Below, in pieces: positions 21,250 to 34,945 of a DNA stretch of 64,000 nucleotides. Both the position numbers and the translations under genes were made by a program. The DNA comes from Callorhinchus milii (Eukaryota): NCBI RefSeq assembly GCF_018977255.1, contig NW_024704781.1, positions 620,001-684,000 on the forward strand. The letters run 5' to 3'. Below the pieces are notes generated by a model that ran no database searches, was not told the origin of the DNA, and worked only from the letters and a program-made list of their open reading frames with translations. Position 1 is the first letter of the stretch; every line of letters begins with the position of its first letter.

Positions 21250-23046
21250 GTCACTTCCCCTCCAACATCCACCCACCACCCACCCCTTCCCTCCCACACT
21301 CCGACTCCTACCCATCCTCCCCAACACACCTTCATACCCGTTTCCCCATCCTCTGTCACCAAACTCATCCTCTCCCTGAAACCTACCACCTGCTCCCTTG
21401 ACCCCATCCCCACTCCACTCCTTATCTCCCAGCTTCACCGCCTTGCCACACATATCACAGACATCGTCAACCTGTCCCTCTCCTCTGGCTCTATTCCCAT
21501 TCCCTTAAAAACTGCCACCATCACTCCCACCTTAAAAACAACCTCCCTTGATGCGTCGCAGCTATCAAGCTACCGGCCCATCTCCAATCTTCCCTTCCTA
21601 TCCAAGGTCCTGGAACGAGCTGTCACCTCCCAGCTGCGCTCTTTCCTCTCCAACCATTCACTATTCGAACCCCTTCAATCGGGTTTCCGTGCTGCCCATT
21701 GCACAGAAACTGCCCTGGACAAGGTCACCAATGACATCCTGACCATCTGTGACCAGGGCTCCCTCTGCCTCCTCGTCCTCCTCAACATATCGGCAGCATT
21801 CGATACGGTCGACCACGCTATCCTCCTCCACCGCTTGTCCTCCCACCTCAACCTTCAAGGCCCTGTCCTTGAGTGGTTTGGGTCGTACCTCTCCCACCGT
21901 CTTCACTTTGTCTCCACAAATGGTTTTTCCTCCACCCCCCGCAATGTCTCGTGCATTGTCCCTCAGGGCTCTGTCCTCGGTCCCCTCCTCTTCACCCTCT
22001 ATATGCTCCCCCTGTGGTGACATCATCCGCAGACATGGGGTTAACTTCCACATGTGTGCGGATGACACCCAACTCTACCTTTCCTCCTCTACCCTCAACT
22101 CCACGATCACCGATGTCCTGACAGCTGACTGTCCGACATCGAGTCCTGGACGAGAGATAACTTCTCCAGCTCAACGTGTGCAAAACCGAGGCCCTCCTGA
22201 TTGGCTCACGTCAGCGCCTCCGCACCTCAGGCGCTGACAGCATCAGCATCCAAGGCTGCACTCTCCACCTCTCAAAGCCAGTCAGGAACCTCGGTGTTCT
22301 GTTCGTCCCTGAGCTGTCCTTTCTCCCCCATATCCGCGCCACAACTGGTACTGCCTTCCATCACCTCCGGAATGTCGCCAGACTATGGCACTACCTCACC
22401 CCTCACGCTGCTGAAACTCTGGTCCACGCCTTTATCACCTCAAGGCTGGACTATGGGAACTCTCTCCTCGCCGGCCTTCCCGCCACCTCCCTCCACAAGA
22501 TGCAGGTCATTAAGAACTCTGCAGCTCGTGTACTGTCCCGCACCAGACACCGCGACCACATCACTCCCACCCTCGCTCGCCTCCACTGGCTCTCCATCCC
22601 CCAGAGGATCGAATTCAAGATCCTCACCCTCACCTACAAGGCCATTCACGGCCTCGCTCCCTCCTACCTTTCCAAACTACTATCCCCCTACCTACCCGCC
22701 CGTACCCTCCGTTGCTCTGGCTCCGGTCTGCTCCACATCCCCCGCCCCAACCGCCCTACCATCGGTGGCCGGACCTTCAGCCTCTCAGTCCCGAGGCTCT
22801 GGAACTCTATCCCCCAGAGCCTTCACCGCCTCCTCCCTTTCCTCCTTCATGGCCGGTCTCAAGACCTTTCTCTTAGACCGTGCCTTCAGCTCACCTCTCG
22901 ACTCTCTACCTCCTCCTCGCTCCCTCCCTTCCCTCCACTCACCCTGACCAGTTCCCCCCTGCTCGGGACCTGACCCAACTGTGCAGCGCCTTGGGACGTC
23001 CTCCCGACGTGAAAGGCGCTCTATAAAATCTTGTTGTTGTTGTTGT
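21250..23046 (+). mobile_element. 5'-truncated L2-clade LINE: RT domain with frameshifts, 3' stem-loop and (TTG)n tail
   Basis: PFQSGFRAAHCTETAL, PQGSVLGPLLFTLYMLPL, ADDTQLY, AFITSRLDYGNSLL, LHWLSIPQRIEFKIL motifs spread over shifted frames. Confidence 0.95.
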
Positions 23047-23787
23047 ATGCTTGGTTGTTTTTGTTCTCCAAAATTTCATATCTGCTGACTTTTACATTTT
23101 AATACTATTTTAGTTCTACTTTTCAGTTTATATACAAGCTTTCAAAATATTATCTTAATAATTTGATTAAGATGATATTTTTCCCTCCCCTCACCCTGAC
23201 CATTTCCCCCCCTGCACGGGTCCTCAAGACCTTCCCCGTCCACCACGCTCATGTTTACCTTTCCCGTTCACACCCCTTCCTCGGGTCTCAATATTCCATG
23301 CTCAAGTATGTGACTGTTAACTATTTTTACTTTACACAATCCCATTCACTACCCCGCGTGAAAATAGCTTCACAGAAGCATTTTATACATGCAAGAAACC
23401 TTGAATTTTCAGCGCCCTGGAACGTCTTTCCGACGTGAAACGCACTATAAAAGTGTACGTTTTTGTTGCTCTTTTGTTCTTCTTGTACGTCCTGTGAAAT
23501 GTTTTCAATAATATTATTCCTTTCCTTCTGTTTTTATTTTATTCTACGCTTAATTTTTGTGTATTTTAATGTATCTTGTTTTCAGTTCACAATACAAATT
23601 TATTCCGAGTATTACATATGCAATTCTCAAGTGAATACATTATCTTGTTTGTTCATATGTCTGGAACTAATTGCATTCATGATGCAAGATGTAGATTCGT
23701 GTTCCCTATAAGTACAAATTTATTTCAATGTAACGGCATTGTGTTCATTGAAGTCTCTGCCTTCAGCAACAATATGTAAAACAGAGC

Positions 23788-26700
23788 ATGGGACAAACAA
23801 CGTTGTATGCAATAATTGCTATTTACTACCCCATGCTTGCAGCATTTGGAATTCCTGGTAAGTCTACTTGGTCGCAATGTTATCAATAATTTATAGGTTA
23901 CTCCACTGGGTGACAGAAGACATTTTATAAAAAGTGACATATCGGGTTATTCATGTCCGTAGAGAAATATGTATATATTTATCGAATGACATTATAATGC
24001 ACTGCACATAGGAGCAAATGTACCAGGGAGTAGAGGTACTTAAGTCTGTGAAAGTAGCATCAGCCGTATTAAAAGGTATACAAAGATTTACAAAGATTGC
24101 ACAGCGCGGAAAGGCGACACTCAGATGGATCTGACCACGTTGGTGTTTACAATGGCAACCTCAATGCACCTCCTCAGCTCTCCGACCTCCTCACTACACA
24201 CTCGACCACACAGCGCCTCCTGCTGGTCCCTCGCACCCTTAGCCCCATTATTGTCGGTCGCGCTTCCCGCCACCATGCCCCAAAACTATGGAACACCGTC
24301 CGTCATTCCCATTGATTTGCCGTCTCTCCCCTCATTAAACTCCCGCCTGTAAACTTTTCTGTTCGACTGTGATTACGCCTACACTCACCGTCCCCCCGGA
24401 TCGCAGTCAGGCTCCGCTACTGTTAAGCTCTGAGACGCCACCTTGCGTGGAGTGCTCTTTATAATTGCAAGTTGTTGTTGGTGGTGTTGTTATAATCTAC
24501 AGGAATCGTTGTTCCCTCACAAAGCCTTCTATTTCCCTTTCACTCGGGTGAAGGTCTATTTTCCACTTGAAGGCATCTAATACAATCATCGATTCAGGCA
24601 ACAGCTTCCACATGCTCCTGCCATCTGCAGTTCTTTGTCATTTGAATTTCCGATCCTGTCATCGCTATCCTGTGTCCCCTGGTAACGGACTCCCCATAAA
24701 GTTTCATCAGCTTCCCAAATCGACACGACGTGATAGATCCCGGTCTATCTATCCTATCCGACATCCCTGACCAGAATCGCTCGATCTTAGCTTTTCTGCA
24801 GTACCCACCGTTTTTGACGATATAGTTCACACAGGACGTGGAGTCGGAAACGGAAGCAATACACCTACCTTTGTACAAATCATTGCTTAGGCCGCAACTG
24901 GAGATTTCCATTCAGCCTTGTGCATCTCTTTTTAGGAAATAAGTCAAGGAATTGGAGAGTTGAGAGAAGCTTTTCAAGAATGTCACTGGGGATGATGGAC
25001 TTTTATAATGAGGAATGATTGGACAAGTTGGCTCTAGTTTTATTGGAGCAGATAAGGTCGATAAGGGACATTATAGAGGCATAAAAATATGTAGGATTTT
25101 GAGAGGATATACAGTGAGAAATTTTTTTCACCATTGGAATGTCGCCGCCTCGTTGTCAAGTTATGTTAGTTCGAAGAAGAAGGAAATATGGAGGTTTGGT
25201 TATTTTATTACTCAGAATATTGTTGGAATGTGGAATGCCCTGCCTATAAGGTAATAGAGGCATAGCCCAGTTTGGGATTAAAGAGGAAAGTAGATGCGTT
25301 TGTAAAAAAGAGCCTAATAATGGTATAAGGATATTTGGGGCAGTAAAACCGAAAGCAAATTTTCCCCTGGAAGACCCTATGGACCGAATGTACTCCTTTG
25401 TGTGGTACAGTCTCCGATTTTATTTTGACTCCACTGAATCGAAATAAATCTGGAATCTGATATAATATTTGTAACTTTTAATCCAGTTAAATTGTTATTG
25501 AAAGGAACTGATTAATTTTGGATCTGAAAAGTAAAATTGAGTCCTATTGCTGGAGCTATGTGGCAAAAGCTCCACGCTTCAAATAATTTCGAAAACTATA
25601 ATACTGTTTTAGGCTGTGATGGATTATTTCTATAATCTAGTGATTCAGTGTTTACTATGGATGATAAATAATTACCCCTATTTACAAGATTGTTGTTTTC
25701 TTGATTTTTGTATATTTCACCTCTTCTAAAATTTATGTAATCCATCTGATTTTACAAATGCTGTCGAAAATAACAAATGTTAAAATCATCTCTTTTCACT
25801 TTGGGAATTGTAAGGGAGACTGATGGACACCACCAATGCAGTGGTGGAAAAGAAAATGAAGGTAATCTTAAAACTGAGAACATAGATCCAGTCGAATTGG
25901 TATTGATTCCACTGGAACGTGCGCAGACCCATCTCGACACAACTCCAACATTTCAAAGTTACATGTTTCTCAGAGATAGCCTCCACCCTTCGTAGGCTGC
26001 GAGTGATCTTTGACGAGGCACTTTCGCCAAAGGAAAATAGTGGATATGGATAGCTAATGGGAAGGAATTCTGTTTTTTAGTCTTAACCTAACCGGACGCC
26101 AATGAACGCGTTTATCTCTCTCTGAGTCCACTATTTCAAATCTGCGCGCAAGGACACAATTACTCAATTCCTAGATGGGAGGATGAAATCGGACACAGGC
26201 TCCGAGCGAGGGAATGTCATCAGAATCTGAATTTTTCAGGAAATTTCTCTTTGGAAGTAATTGAAACGGTTCAAAGTAAGCTCTGCCGATCATAACGTAG
26301 ATTTACATTTCTAATCAAACTAAATTATGTGAATGAATAATGTTCTCGTGCAATGATTAATGATCATTTGAAGATGTTTCTTTGCGCTTTACGTGATTGA
26401 TTTCCTGTAAACTGCACTAACTGTATTTTGTTTGAAAATTTTTGAAACAATTCAAACAAAGCGCAACCAAATATGACACAGCTTTACATTTTTAACATCA
26501 TTTTTATTCATATTAATTAGGTTTTCTGTTTTTATTGCGTCTCGCAGTTAATTTGCTGGCGATTGCGGTCCTGTCAAGAGGAAAGTGTGGTCTCTCCAAG
26601 TGCATCACTCGCTACTTGGTAGCCATGGCAGTGGCTGATCTCCTGGTTGTCTTTGTAGATGTGTTGTTGAACAAAATTAACAATCTCTATTTCCCATTAA

Positions 26701-27458
26701 ATATCTTATTCTACACTCCACTGTGCAGTGTTAGAGTTGTGTGGGTGAGTGTAGCTCTCCACAGCTCTCTATGGTTCACTATTGCTTTCACTTTCGATCG
26801 TTTTGTAGCCATTTGCTGCCAAAAGCTGAAACCAAAATATTGCACTGAGAGGATGGCCACAGTAGTTATTGTAATTCTATCTATTTTCATCTGCGCAATA
26901 AGCATTCCTTGGTATTTTATATTTGATCCTTATATTATAATTGACAATACTCCATGGTACTGTGTCTTCAAATCAAGCTTTCATACCATGGGCACCTGGA
27001 AAGCATTTGAAAGGCTTCACCGTATTGTTGCTCCCATGTTTGGCTTTTCTTTCGTTTGCCTGTTTAACGCTCTGACTATAAGGCACATTATGATGACTAA
27101 CGAAGTCCGCAGGAGGCTTCGCGATCAGAGAAATGCTGAGAAAACAATTGATCCAGAGTTAGAAAACCGAAGAAAATCCGTCATTTTACTCTTCGCCATA
27201 TCGGGCAGTCTTATACTGCTGTGGATAACTTTTGTCACATATTCCTTCAAATGGCAACTTTCTAATTATAATTACACCGCAACGTATGTCAATAATATGC
27301 GGTATGTTGTGCAAGAAACCGGAGTCATGCTTCAAAGGTTAAGTTGCTGTTCCAACACTTGTATTTATGCCTTAACTCAGACTAAATTCAGAGAGGAGCT
27401 CAGGAAAGGAATCGTTTATCCATTTCATATCATTGTTAAATTCATAAAGTTAAGGTAA
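23788..27458 (+). CDS. GPR139/142-like class A GPCR, copy 1 (exons 23788-23857 + 26548-27458; 326 aa)
   Basis: Exon 1 MGQTTLYAIIAIYYPMLAAFGIP with GTAAGT donor; acceptor ctcgcag; in-frame join. Seven hydrophobic segments, TM2 AVADL, TM3 C...FDRF, TM7 NTCIY. Confidence 0.92.
24935..25300 (+). mobile_element. CR1 LINE 3' fragment in the GPCR intron (repeated at ~35865-36225 and ~46725-47080)
   Basis: Decayed match to the CR1 RT C-terminal LER.QRRFTRM..G...Y.ERL..LGL..LE.RRLRGD.IE.YKI pattern. Confidence 0.6.
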
Positions 27459-29419
27459 GACTTGCCTTCGCACATTGTAGAACTTCAGGAATAAGAGTGA
27501 ATGCATCCACAAAAAGGGAAGTCTGATAACATGATGAACCAATCCGCATTATGCGCTCGTTGTACCTGAATAAGAAGAGATGTTTGATTGTATATTGAAA
27601 GACAAACTGTCACAAATAAGTTATGAAAGGTGTTTCAGCTTAACGTGCTCTCCTTCACGGAAGTGTTATTAAAACTTGTTATTCCGAAGCACTTTATTTG
27701 TTGTGTGAATAAATATTGGGAATAAAATAAAATACATTGAATTCTGTTGAACATCTAAAAAGAACAACAGCCTGGCCCCTTCATGAGGAGCTTTCCATCG
27801 TGGATCTTTCAAATAAAAATGGAAATCACATTTGATGTCACGATTTTCACTTTTTCCAGACGTCGCTATGCGCTTCTCAGAATATATTGTGAAGTGAATT
27901 GAATTTCTATGTGTGGGCGAAAGGCGGCAGTGATTGTGCATATCAGGATCTCATACACAGTCGTGAATTGAGTGACCAATTGTTGTTGCTTTTTTTTTTG
28001 GAACGATTATTAACCCCGTAAATACCAAAAAGATTCCTATTGCTACCATGTAAACAGAGGCTGGGTGGCTTGAGGAATAGAAGAGTGTGTGAGTGATGGA
28101 ATTAGGTGTGGATGCTGGGTAGGTTGAGTTGAGGGTCTGTTGCTGGAGGGTTGTTCCTTCTGTCCTCCCAACTTTGTCAGCAAACCCTTGAAGCGCTTTT
28201 TACGCGTCCGCTTGGCGTGAAAAGCTCCAAATCAAATCAAAGGATCATAAAATACAACAAAATATTTCATTTGTACAGTGCTTTTCACAGCGGGATGATG
28301 TCCCAATGCCGAATTATTACTGCTTTAATGAAATAGAAAAACACATAAACTTTCAGATTTTAAGGATTTATTTCGCAGCTAATCACGTATAATATTTGGT
28401 TTGGCGTTTTACCTCTTTCAATGTTTTGAGGAAAATTTACAGAACAAGTATTAAGATGGTCGCTGTTGGTAACACAGAAAACCCTGCTCAGAAGCACATT
28501 TGGTCTGTCGCCACTGAAACCTGTTGTTCCCTCAGAACTTATATTTGCATATCTCACATTTGAAACCATTTCCAGCTCTCTCCCCAGTTGGAGCATCAGA
28601 ATTGCGAGACAATACAAGACCAGGATCCACCAGTTCATATCCATCAATCCCCAATGTCCTGTCCGTAAATGTATACTGTCTCCCAAGATATAATTTCCTA
28701 AAATAAATATATCTGATTTGAAGGAATCAACACTTTCTTCTTCAACCATCTCCCAAGGAAGCCAGTTTCACATCGTTACTGTTCTCTCAATGAAACTATG
28801 TTGAAGGCTTGTTTTGAAGATCAATTGCAGGCAATGTCCTCTGTTTTGCCGACCAATCTATACGCCTACTGCCATTACCATTCCGGAGATTCCAGTGATG
28901 CGAAAGTGTGGAAAACAGTGAACTGATGACAAAGTGAGATAGAGAGAGAGAGAGAGAGGGATGGGTCTCTGGTCAACGTGCTGACAGTGTGGAAGAGAAA
29001 GTAGAGGTGAAATGTCTTCACAGGGGACGCGTCTCTTCACCAGATGCCTTCAGAGGAGGACTTTAAGTGATTCCTGCTTTCTTTTCAACTTTTCATTGCA
29101 TTTGGCTTGGATTAAGACACATTCAGTGCATAAATTGCTAACGTTGAATATTGCTATTAAATTCAGTAGCGTCATTGGTCTTGCTGAGGTTTGAATAATC
29201 CTGTTTCTAAACCAGACAGCCCCACGGTTCTCCGTGGCACTGTTTATGATAGCCCAGCTCACATGTACAATTGCCTTCATCAGATCTAGGCTCAATTACG
29301 TTATCTATCTGCTTCTAGGCCTTTCCAACACTTCTCACCACAAGATCATCCAGAACTTTACAGCCCGTCTCCTCTCCCACACCAGACTCCATGAAAACAA
29401 CAGCAAGAACAAGATTGCA

Positions 29420-29840
29420 TTTGTATTGCACCATTGAAGTAGGGAGGACGTCCCTAGGCGCTGGACATTGTACAGCATTTCAGACCCGAGCTGAGGTACA
29501 GGGGCAGAAGGGAAGGGAGGGCATGATGGATGGCCAATGGCATGGTCGAAGAGGAAGGTTTTGAGGCGGGATTTGAAGGAGGGAAACGATGGGCGAGACT
29601 GAATAATTGGGAATGGAGTACCAGAAGTTGGTGACAGAGTGGCTGAAGGCTCTCCCGTCAATATTGTGGCGGGTGGACCGTGGACGTGAAGCAGGCAAGA
29701 GAGAGGCTAACCGGAGAAAGCGGGCGGGTTGCTAGGATATTTCGTGGTCACTGGGACAGGCTGGGGCGAGACCTTTGAGGGCTTTGTATGTGAGGACCAG
29801 GATTTTCAACTGGATCCTCTGAAGAATAGGGAGCCAATGG
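29420..29840 (-). mobile_element. L2 3' fragment (repeated at ~40305-40725)
   Basis: RLHWLPILQRIQLKILVLTYKAL; L2 tail gggaggacgtccctaggcgct. Confidence 0.75.
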
Positions 29841-30009
29841 AGTCGGGCGAGAGTGAGGGAGATGGGGCACGGAAATTGGTGCGGGAGGGGGGCACGGGCT
29901 GCAGAGTTCTGGATTATATGCTGCCTGTAGAGGGAGGAGTTGGGAAAGCCGACAAGCAGGCCGTTTGCATAGTCGAGCCTTTCGGTAGTGAAGGCATGAA
30001 CAAGGGTTT

Positions 30010-30510
30010 CACGGGCATGAGGGTTGACGTCGTGGCCGAGTCGGGCGACACCATCATCAATACCATCACCTGGCTCCACTGGCTGCCCAACCCCAGAGGG
30101 TCGAGTTCAAAATCCCCCTCCCCGTCTTCAAGGCCCTACATGGCCTGGACACTCCCTGCTTCTGAGATATGCTGAACTCAGATCAACATGCCAGATTTCT
30201 CCGCTCAGCAGGTTGTGGCCTGGTCCTCGTCTCCCTCATGGCACATTGCATTACCAGTGCTGTCCCTTCAGCCATTCTTCTTCCACGCTGTGGAATTCCA
30301 TCCCACATTGCCTTTGCCTCGCTCCCTCCCTTGACTTAGTAAAGATAATTAGACTTCTCAAAACACTTCTCTTCGAACGAGCCTTCGATCATCCTCCTAC
30401 CATCCTTGCGCTACATCCTCCCCGATTCCGACTCCTAGCTCTGGTCCAAACCCCAAATATGCATCGCTTTGGGACGTCAGTCTGACGTGAAATGAGCTTT
30501 ACAAATGTAA
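30010..30510 (+). mobile_element. L2 3' fragment (repeated at ~40895-41395)
   Basis: ITWLHWLP...TLWNSIPHCL...LKTLLFERAF; tail gctttgggacgtc...gacgtgaaa. Confidence 0.7.
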
Positions 30511-32045
30511 TTTTGCATTCTATGAAGTGGCAAATCAGTTATTGGGTGTAGTGACTCTTTGTTTCAGCACCCGTTAACCCTGCTAAATAAAGAGCTAAAT
30601 TCTACGATGGTCCTTCTTGGATTTGCCTCGGGAAAGCAGTGCTTTGCATTTCAATTTGTTAGTTGTTTAATTTCTAGGAACACATGGATTCGCACTGTTT
30701 GTTTTTTGTCAACTTGCATCTGATTCGCGTCCTGCGGTTTAATGTAAGCCCATTCCAAATACAGGTTCTTTCCACCTGTAGATGGCATGAGACTCGTAAT
30801 TTGGTTTCGAACATTGTAATCATATTGATGATGTTCAGAAATACGGCAGTCGCCCAGAAGTGTTCCTACAGAGTGGATAGTGATGGAAATATTTTCCAAA
30901 ATATTCTAAAAGTTGGGGTTGTCAAAATATATTCTTGGAATAGATACAATGCTTCCACAGCATGATACAATTAGTGAATCAAACAAATGCAATGGAATCG
31001 TTTCATCCCCTTTGGTGGGGAACGTAGAGCCACATCAAGGTCTCTTCTCCGTGTGGCTTAAGTCGGGGAAAATGGACTCCAGAAAAAAAAAGTATGTATT
31101 GCTGTGCTGATCAGGAAAATTGCGTACCCTGCCATAGAAAATGTTTTTGGCAATGTTTGGCAAGCTGCTCGCTTCATATCCTGCTTGGACCACTCAACCG
31201 ATTAGGACTTCGGGTTTGTTGAGATTATGCTTGTTCCCAATAAATAGCTCTCGACTGTCCAGCGAAGTTGGATAGCCTCCAGAATTGAAATCCGATCTGT
31301 TGTTTTTAGAGATGAGCCAGGCTGGCTGGTCTGTCATCAGCTGCATCCTTCAGTAATGACAAGCAACCCGACTCCCAACCAAGACAACCAAGATCACCAA
31401 ATTCGATTGATTTGCTTCTGATATTCAGTTGCCAAGCGTCTGGCCTTGGTGCCAGCTCAGACTCGAGGACACATCGCTTCCAAATTAAGCAGTTTTTATT
31501 TATGGATTCCTAACCCTATCCGCGCAGCACGCAATTGTAAAGTACGTTGCATGCGTGGCGGCGTTTCTAAGCCATTATTAATGCTTCAACTTAAGAATAA
31601 ATTTGTGAACAAAGAGTAAGAGTTGATTGATCATTTACGGTTTGCTACCTCAGCATCAAAACCGTTTCCATGAAACATAATTTTATGGAATAGAAACCAA
31701 ACGCTGAGAAATGTCTCACCAGAGTGAGCAAAATTTCCATGTTTGCAGATGATGCAAAGCTAGGAAACGAAGTAAACGGTGAAGCGGATAGTAGCAGACT
31801 GCAGGATATCTTGACAGACTGGTGGAGTGGGCAGATACATGGCAGATGAACCGTAATGTGGCAGAATAAGAAGTGATGCATTTTGTGTACCAGAAAGAGA
31901 AGGATAAGATAAGCTAAATGGTGCATTTTTTAGGGGCTGCAGGAGCTGAGAGAGCTGGGGAATTACATCAATAACTCTTGAAGGTGCTGGGAAAGCCAGA
32001 TACAGCTATTCGAAAAAGCACACAGGAACCTTGGCTTTAAAAAAT

Positions 32046-32939
32046 CACGTCAGCGCCTCCGCACCTCAGGCGCTGACAGCATCAGCATCCAAGGCTGCAC
32101 TCTCAGCCTCTCAAAGCCAGTCAGGAACCTTGCTGTTCTGTTCGACCCTGAATTGTCCTTTCTCCATCATATCCGCGCCGCAACTGGCACCGCCTTTCAT
32201 CACCTCCGGAATATAGCCAGACAACGGCACTACCTCACCCCTCACGCGGCTGAAACTCTGGTCCATGCCTTTATCACCTCAAGGCTGGACTATGGGAACT
32301 CTCTCCTCGCCGGCCTTCCCGCCACCTCCCTCCACACTGCGGGGTATTCAGAACTCTGCAGCTCGTGTACTGTCCCGCACCAGACACCGCACCCACATCA
32401 CTCCCACCCTCGCCCTCGCTCGCCTCCACTGGCTCCCCATCCCCCAGAGGATCGAATTCAAGGTCCTCATCCTCACCTACAAGGCCATTCACGGTCTTGT
32501 TCCCTCCTACGTCTCTGGCCTACTATCCCCCTACCTAACTGCCCGTATCATCCGTTCCTCTGGCTCCGGTCTGCTCCATATCCCCCGCCCCAACCCCCCT
32601 ACCATCGGTAGCCGGGCCTTCAGCCTCTCAGCCCCGAGGCTCTGGAACTCTATCCCCCAGTGCCTTCGCCGCTTCCTCCCTTTCCTCCTTCAAGGCTGGT
32701 CTCATGACCTTTCTCTTTGATCGCGCCTTCAGCTCCCCTCTGGACTCTCTTCCCCCGCATCGCTCCCACCCTTCCCTCCCCTCACCCTGACCATTTCCCC
32801 CCTCCTCTCTCCCTCCCTTCCCTCCCCTCACCCTGACCATTTCCCCCCTGCTCGGGTCCTGACCCAACTGTACATCGCCTTGGGACGTCCTCCCGACGTG
32901 AAAAGCACTCTATAAATGGAATCTTGTTGTTGTTGTTGT
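32046..32939 (+). mobile_element. 5'-truncated L2 in unit U1
   Basis: Homologous to 22206-23046; AETLVHAFITSRLDYGNSLLAG; (TTG)n tail. Confidence 0.9.
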
Positions 32940-32949
32940 AATTCATACA

Positions 32950-33300
32950 GAAGTAAGGAGGTAAGGATGAAACTTTGCAAAATCTTGGTTGGGACACAGT
33001 TAGAGGACTTTGTCCAATTCTGGGCACAACTCATTAGGAACGATGTCAAGGCATTGGAGAGGGTGTAAATATAATGTACCTGGATGGCACCAGGAAGGAG
33101 GGACTTTAATCGTATGAAGAAACTGGAGAAGCTAGGATTCTCCTTCTTGTAGCAGAGAAGACTAAGAGGAGATTCAATAGAGGAGTTCAATTTATCAGGA
33201 GATTTGATCTGGTGAACAGCCGAAAATGTTTGTGGGTGGGTTGCACCAGAGGCTCTGAAGGTTAATAAAAGAACTAGTGCGGAGATGACAAGAACTTTTC
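32950..33300 (+). mobile_element. CR1 fragment (repeated at ~43810-44160)
   Basis: Decayed P.LE..VQFWA...R.DV.ALERV pattern. Confidence 0.55.
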
Positions 33301-34945
33301 CACAGAATTTTCAGACTTTCATTTATAACAATGCTTTGAAGTAAAGACTGGCACAAATATTAGATAAGAATATAGATGTTTATTAATTAAGATTAGTAAT
33401 GGTATTGGTAGTTAAAATAATATGACAAAGTAATGTTTACGCATCCATGTATGGTTCACAACGGTTAAGATCGTACAACCCAAATTTTGAGAAAGTGGTG
33501 GAGGACTAATATCCGATTTAATGTAAGATTTATTGTCCTATTCATTGTCTGATTTAGTTTAGGATTTAACGGCAAAATTAGTGTCCATTTTACTGTCCGA
33601 TTTAATCCACCAAATGGTATCCATTTACAGATGTATTATTTTCCGCTTGAGACCGTCGACAAAGTTGTTGACATTCTTCTAAGTCTTAGTCTTGATTTTC
33701 CATCTTTAGAAGTAGGAATATGGACAGCGACTCCAAGTTCCAGCTCCTTGCCGTTTCTGATTCTGTTCCCGAACCGATCAGTTTTTTATCGAAGAACCCA
33801 ATATGACCCGCTCAGCCTTGTATCCTCCTCCGAAACAAAATCCTCGTCTGCTATGACCTCTCCTTTCCTGTTATCACAACTTACATTCTTGCATTTAACA
33901 CAAACACACTTGGTCACGACAAAGATTTTCTCGCCAGATTATCGTGTTTCTCCTTATAAGTTAAAGGCAATACAGAACTTTACCGATTATGTCCTTTTCC
34001 ACACAAGGCTCCACAAGCCTTCAACTGCACCTATCTGTTTCCGTTTGCTCTCCAAACCCCAGAAAATTGATTTCAAGAATCTATTCCTCACGCTCAATAC
34101 ACTCATACTCCTTTCTGAATTTACTACTGTGACCTCTTCAAACAAAAATAATCCGGCTGCTCTCATCACACACTAAGCCTCGCCACCATTTGTGATTCCA
34201 CCCTACTTGTCCCACCTTCAGTGATCGGGTTTTCGGACAATCTGCCTGTCCACTCTCTGTAACTCATTCTCAGAGTGCCTAAAGCCCAAACTGGCGGGCG
34301 ATTTGTTAATGAATATTGATGTTGTTACTGTTTTTGAAAGCAGGACTTGCTCGATCACACATCATTTTCATGATTCGTATCAAGACCTTCCCCGTCCACC
34401 ACGCTCATGCTCATCTTTCCCGTTCACACCCCTTCCTCGGGTCTCAATATTCCACGCTCAAGTATGTGACTGTTAACTATTTTTACTTTACACAATCCCA
34501 TTCACTACCCCGCGTGAAAATAGCTTCACAGAAGCATTTTATACATGCAAGAAACACTGAATTTTCAGCGCCCTGGAACGTCTTTCCGACGTGAAACGCA
34601 CTATAAAAGTGTACGTTTTTGTTGCTCTTTTGTTCTTGTTGTACGTCCTGTGAAATGTTTTCAATATTTTTATTCCTATCTTTCTGTTTTTATTTTATTC
34701 TACGCTTAATTTTTTGCGTATTTTTATGTATCTTGTTTTCAATTCACAATAACAAATTTAATTCGAGGATTACGTTTAGAATGCTCAAGTGAATACATTA
34801 TCTTATTTGTTCACATGACTGGAAGTAATTGCATTCATGATGCAAGATGTAGATTCGTGTTCCCTATAAGTACAAATTTATTTCAATGTAACGGCATTGT
34901 GTTCATTGAAGTCTCTGCCTTCAGCAACAATATGTAAAACAGAGC

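Noticed and set aside
23440-23460. TATA box (ctataaaag) upstream of GPCR exon 1
   Set aside because: It is part of an L2/SINE tail (gacgtgaaa..cactataaa) over 300 bp upstream; no evidence of promoter use.
33631-34176. 181-aa ORF (repeated at 44488-45033)
   Set aside because: C-terminal part resembles decayed L2 RT (IQNF...IDFK); low complexity; identity between copies only reflects the recent duplication.
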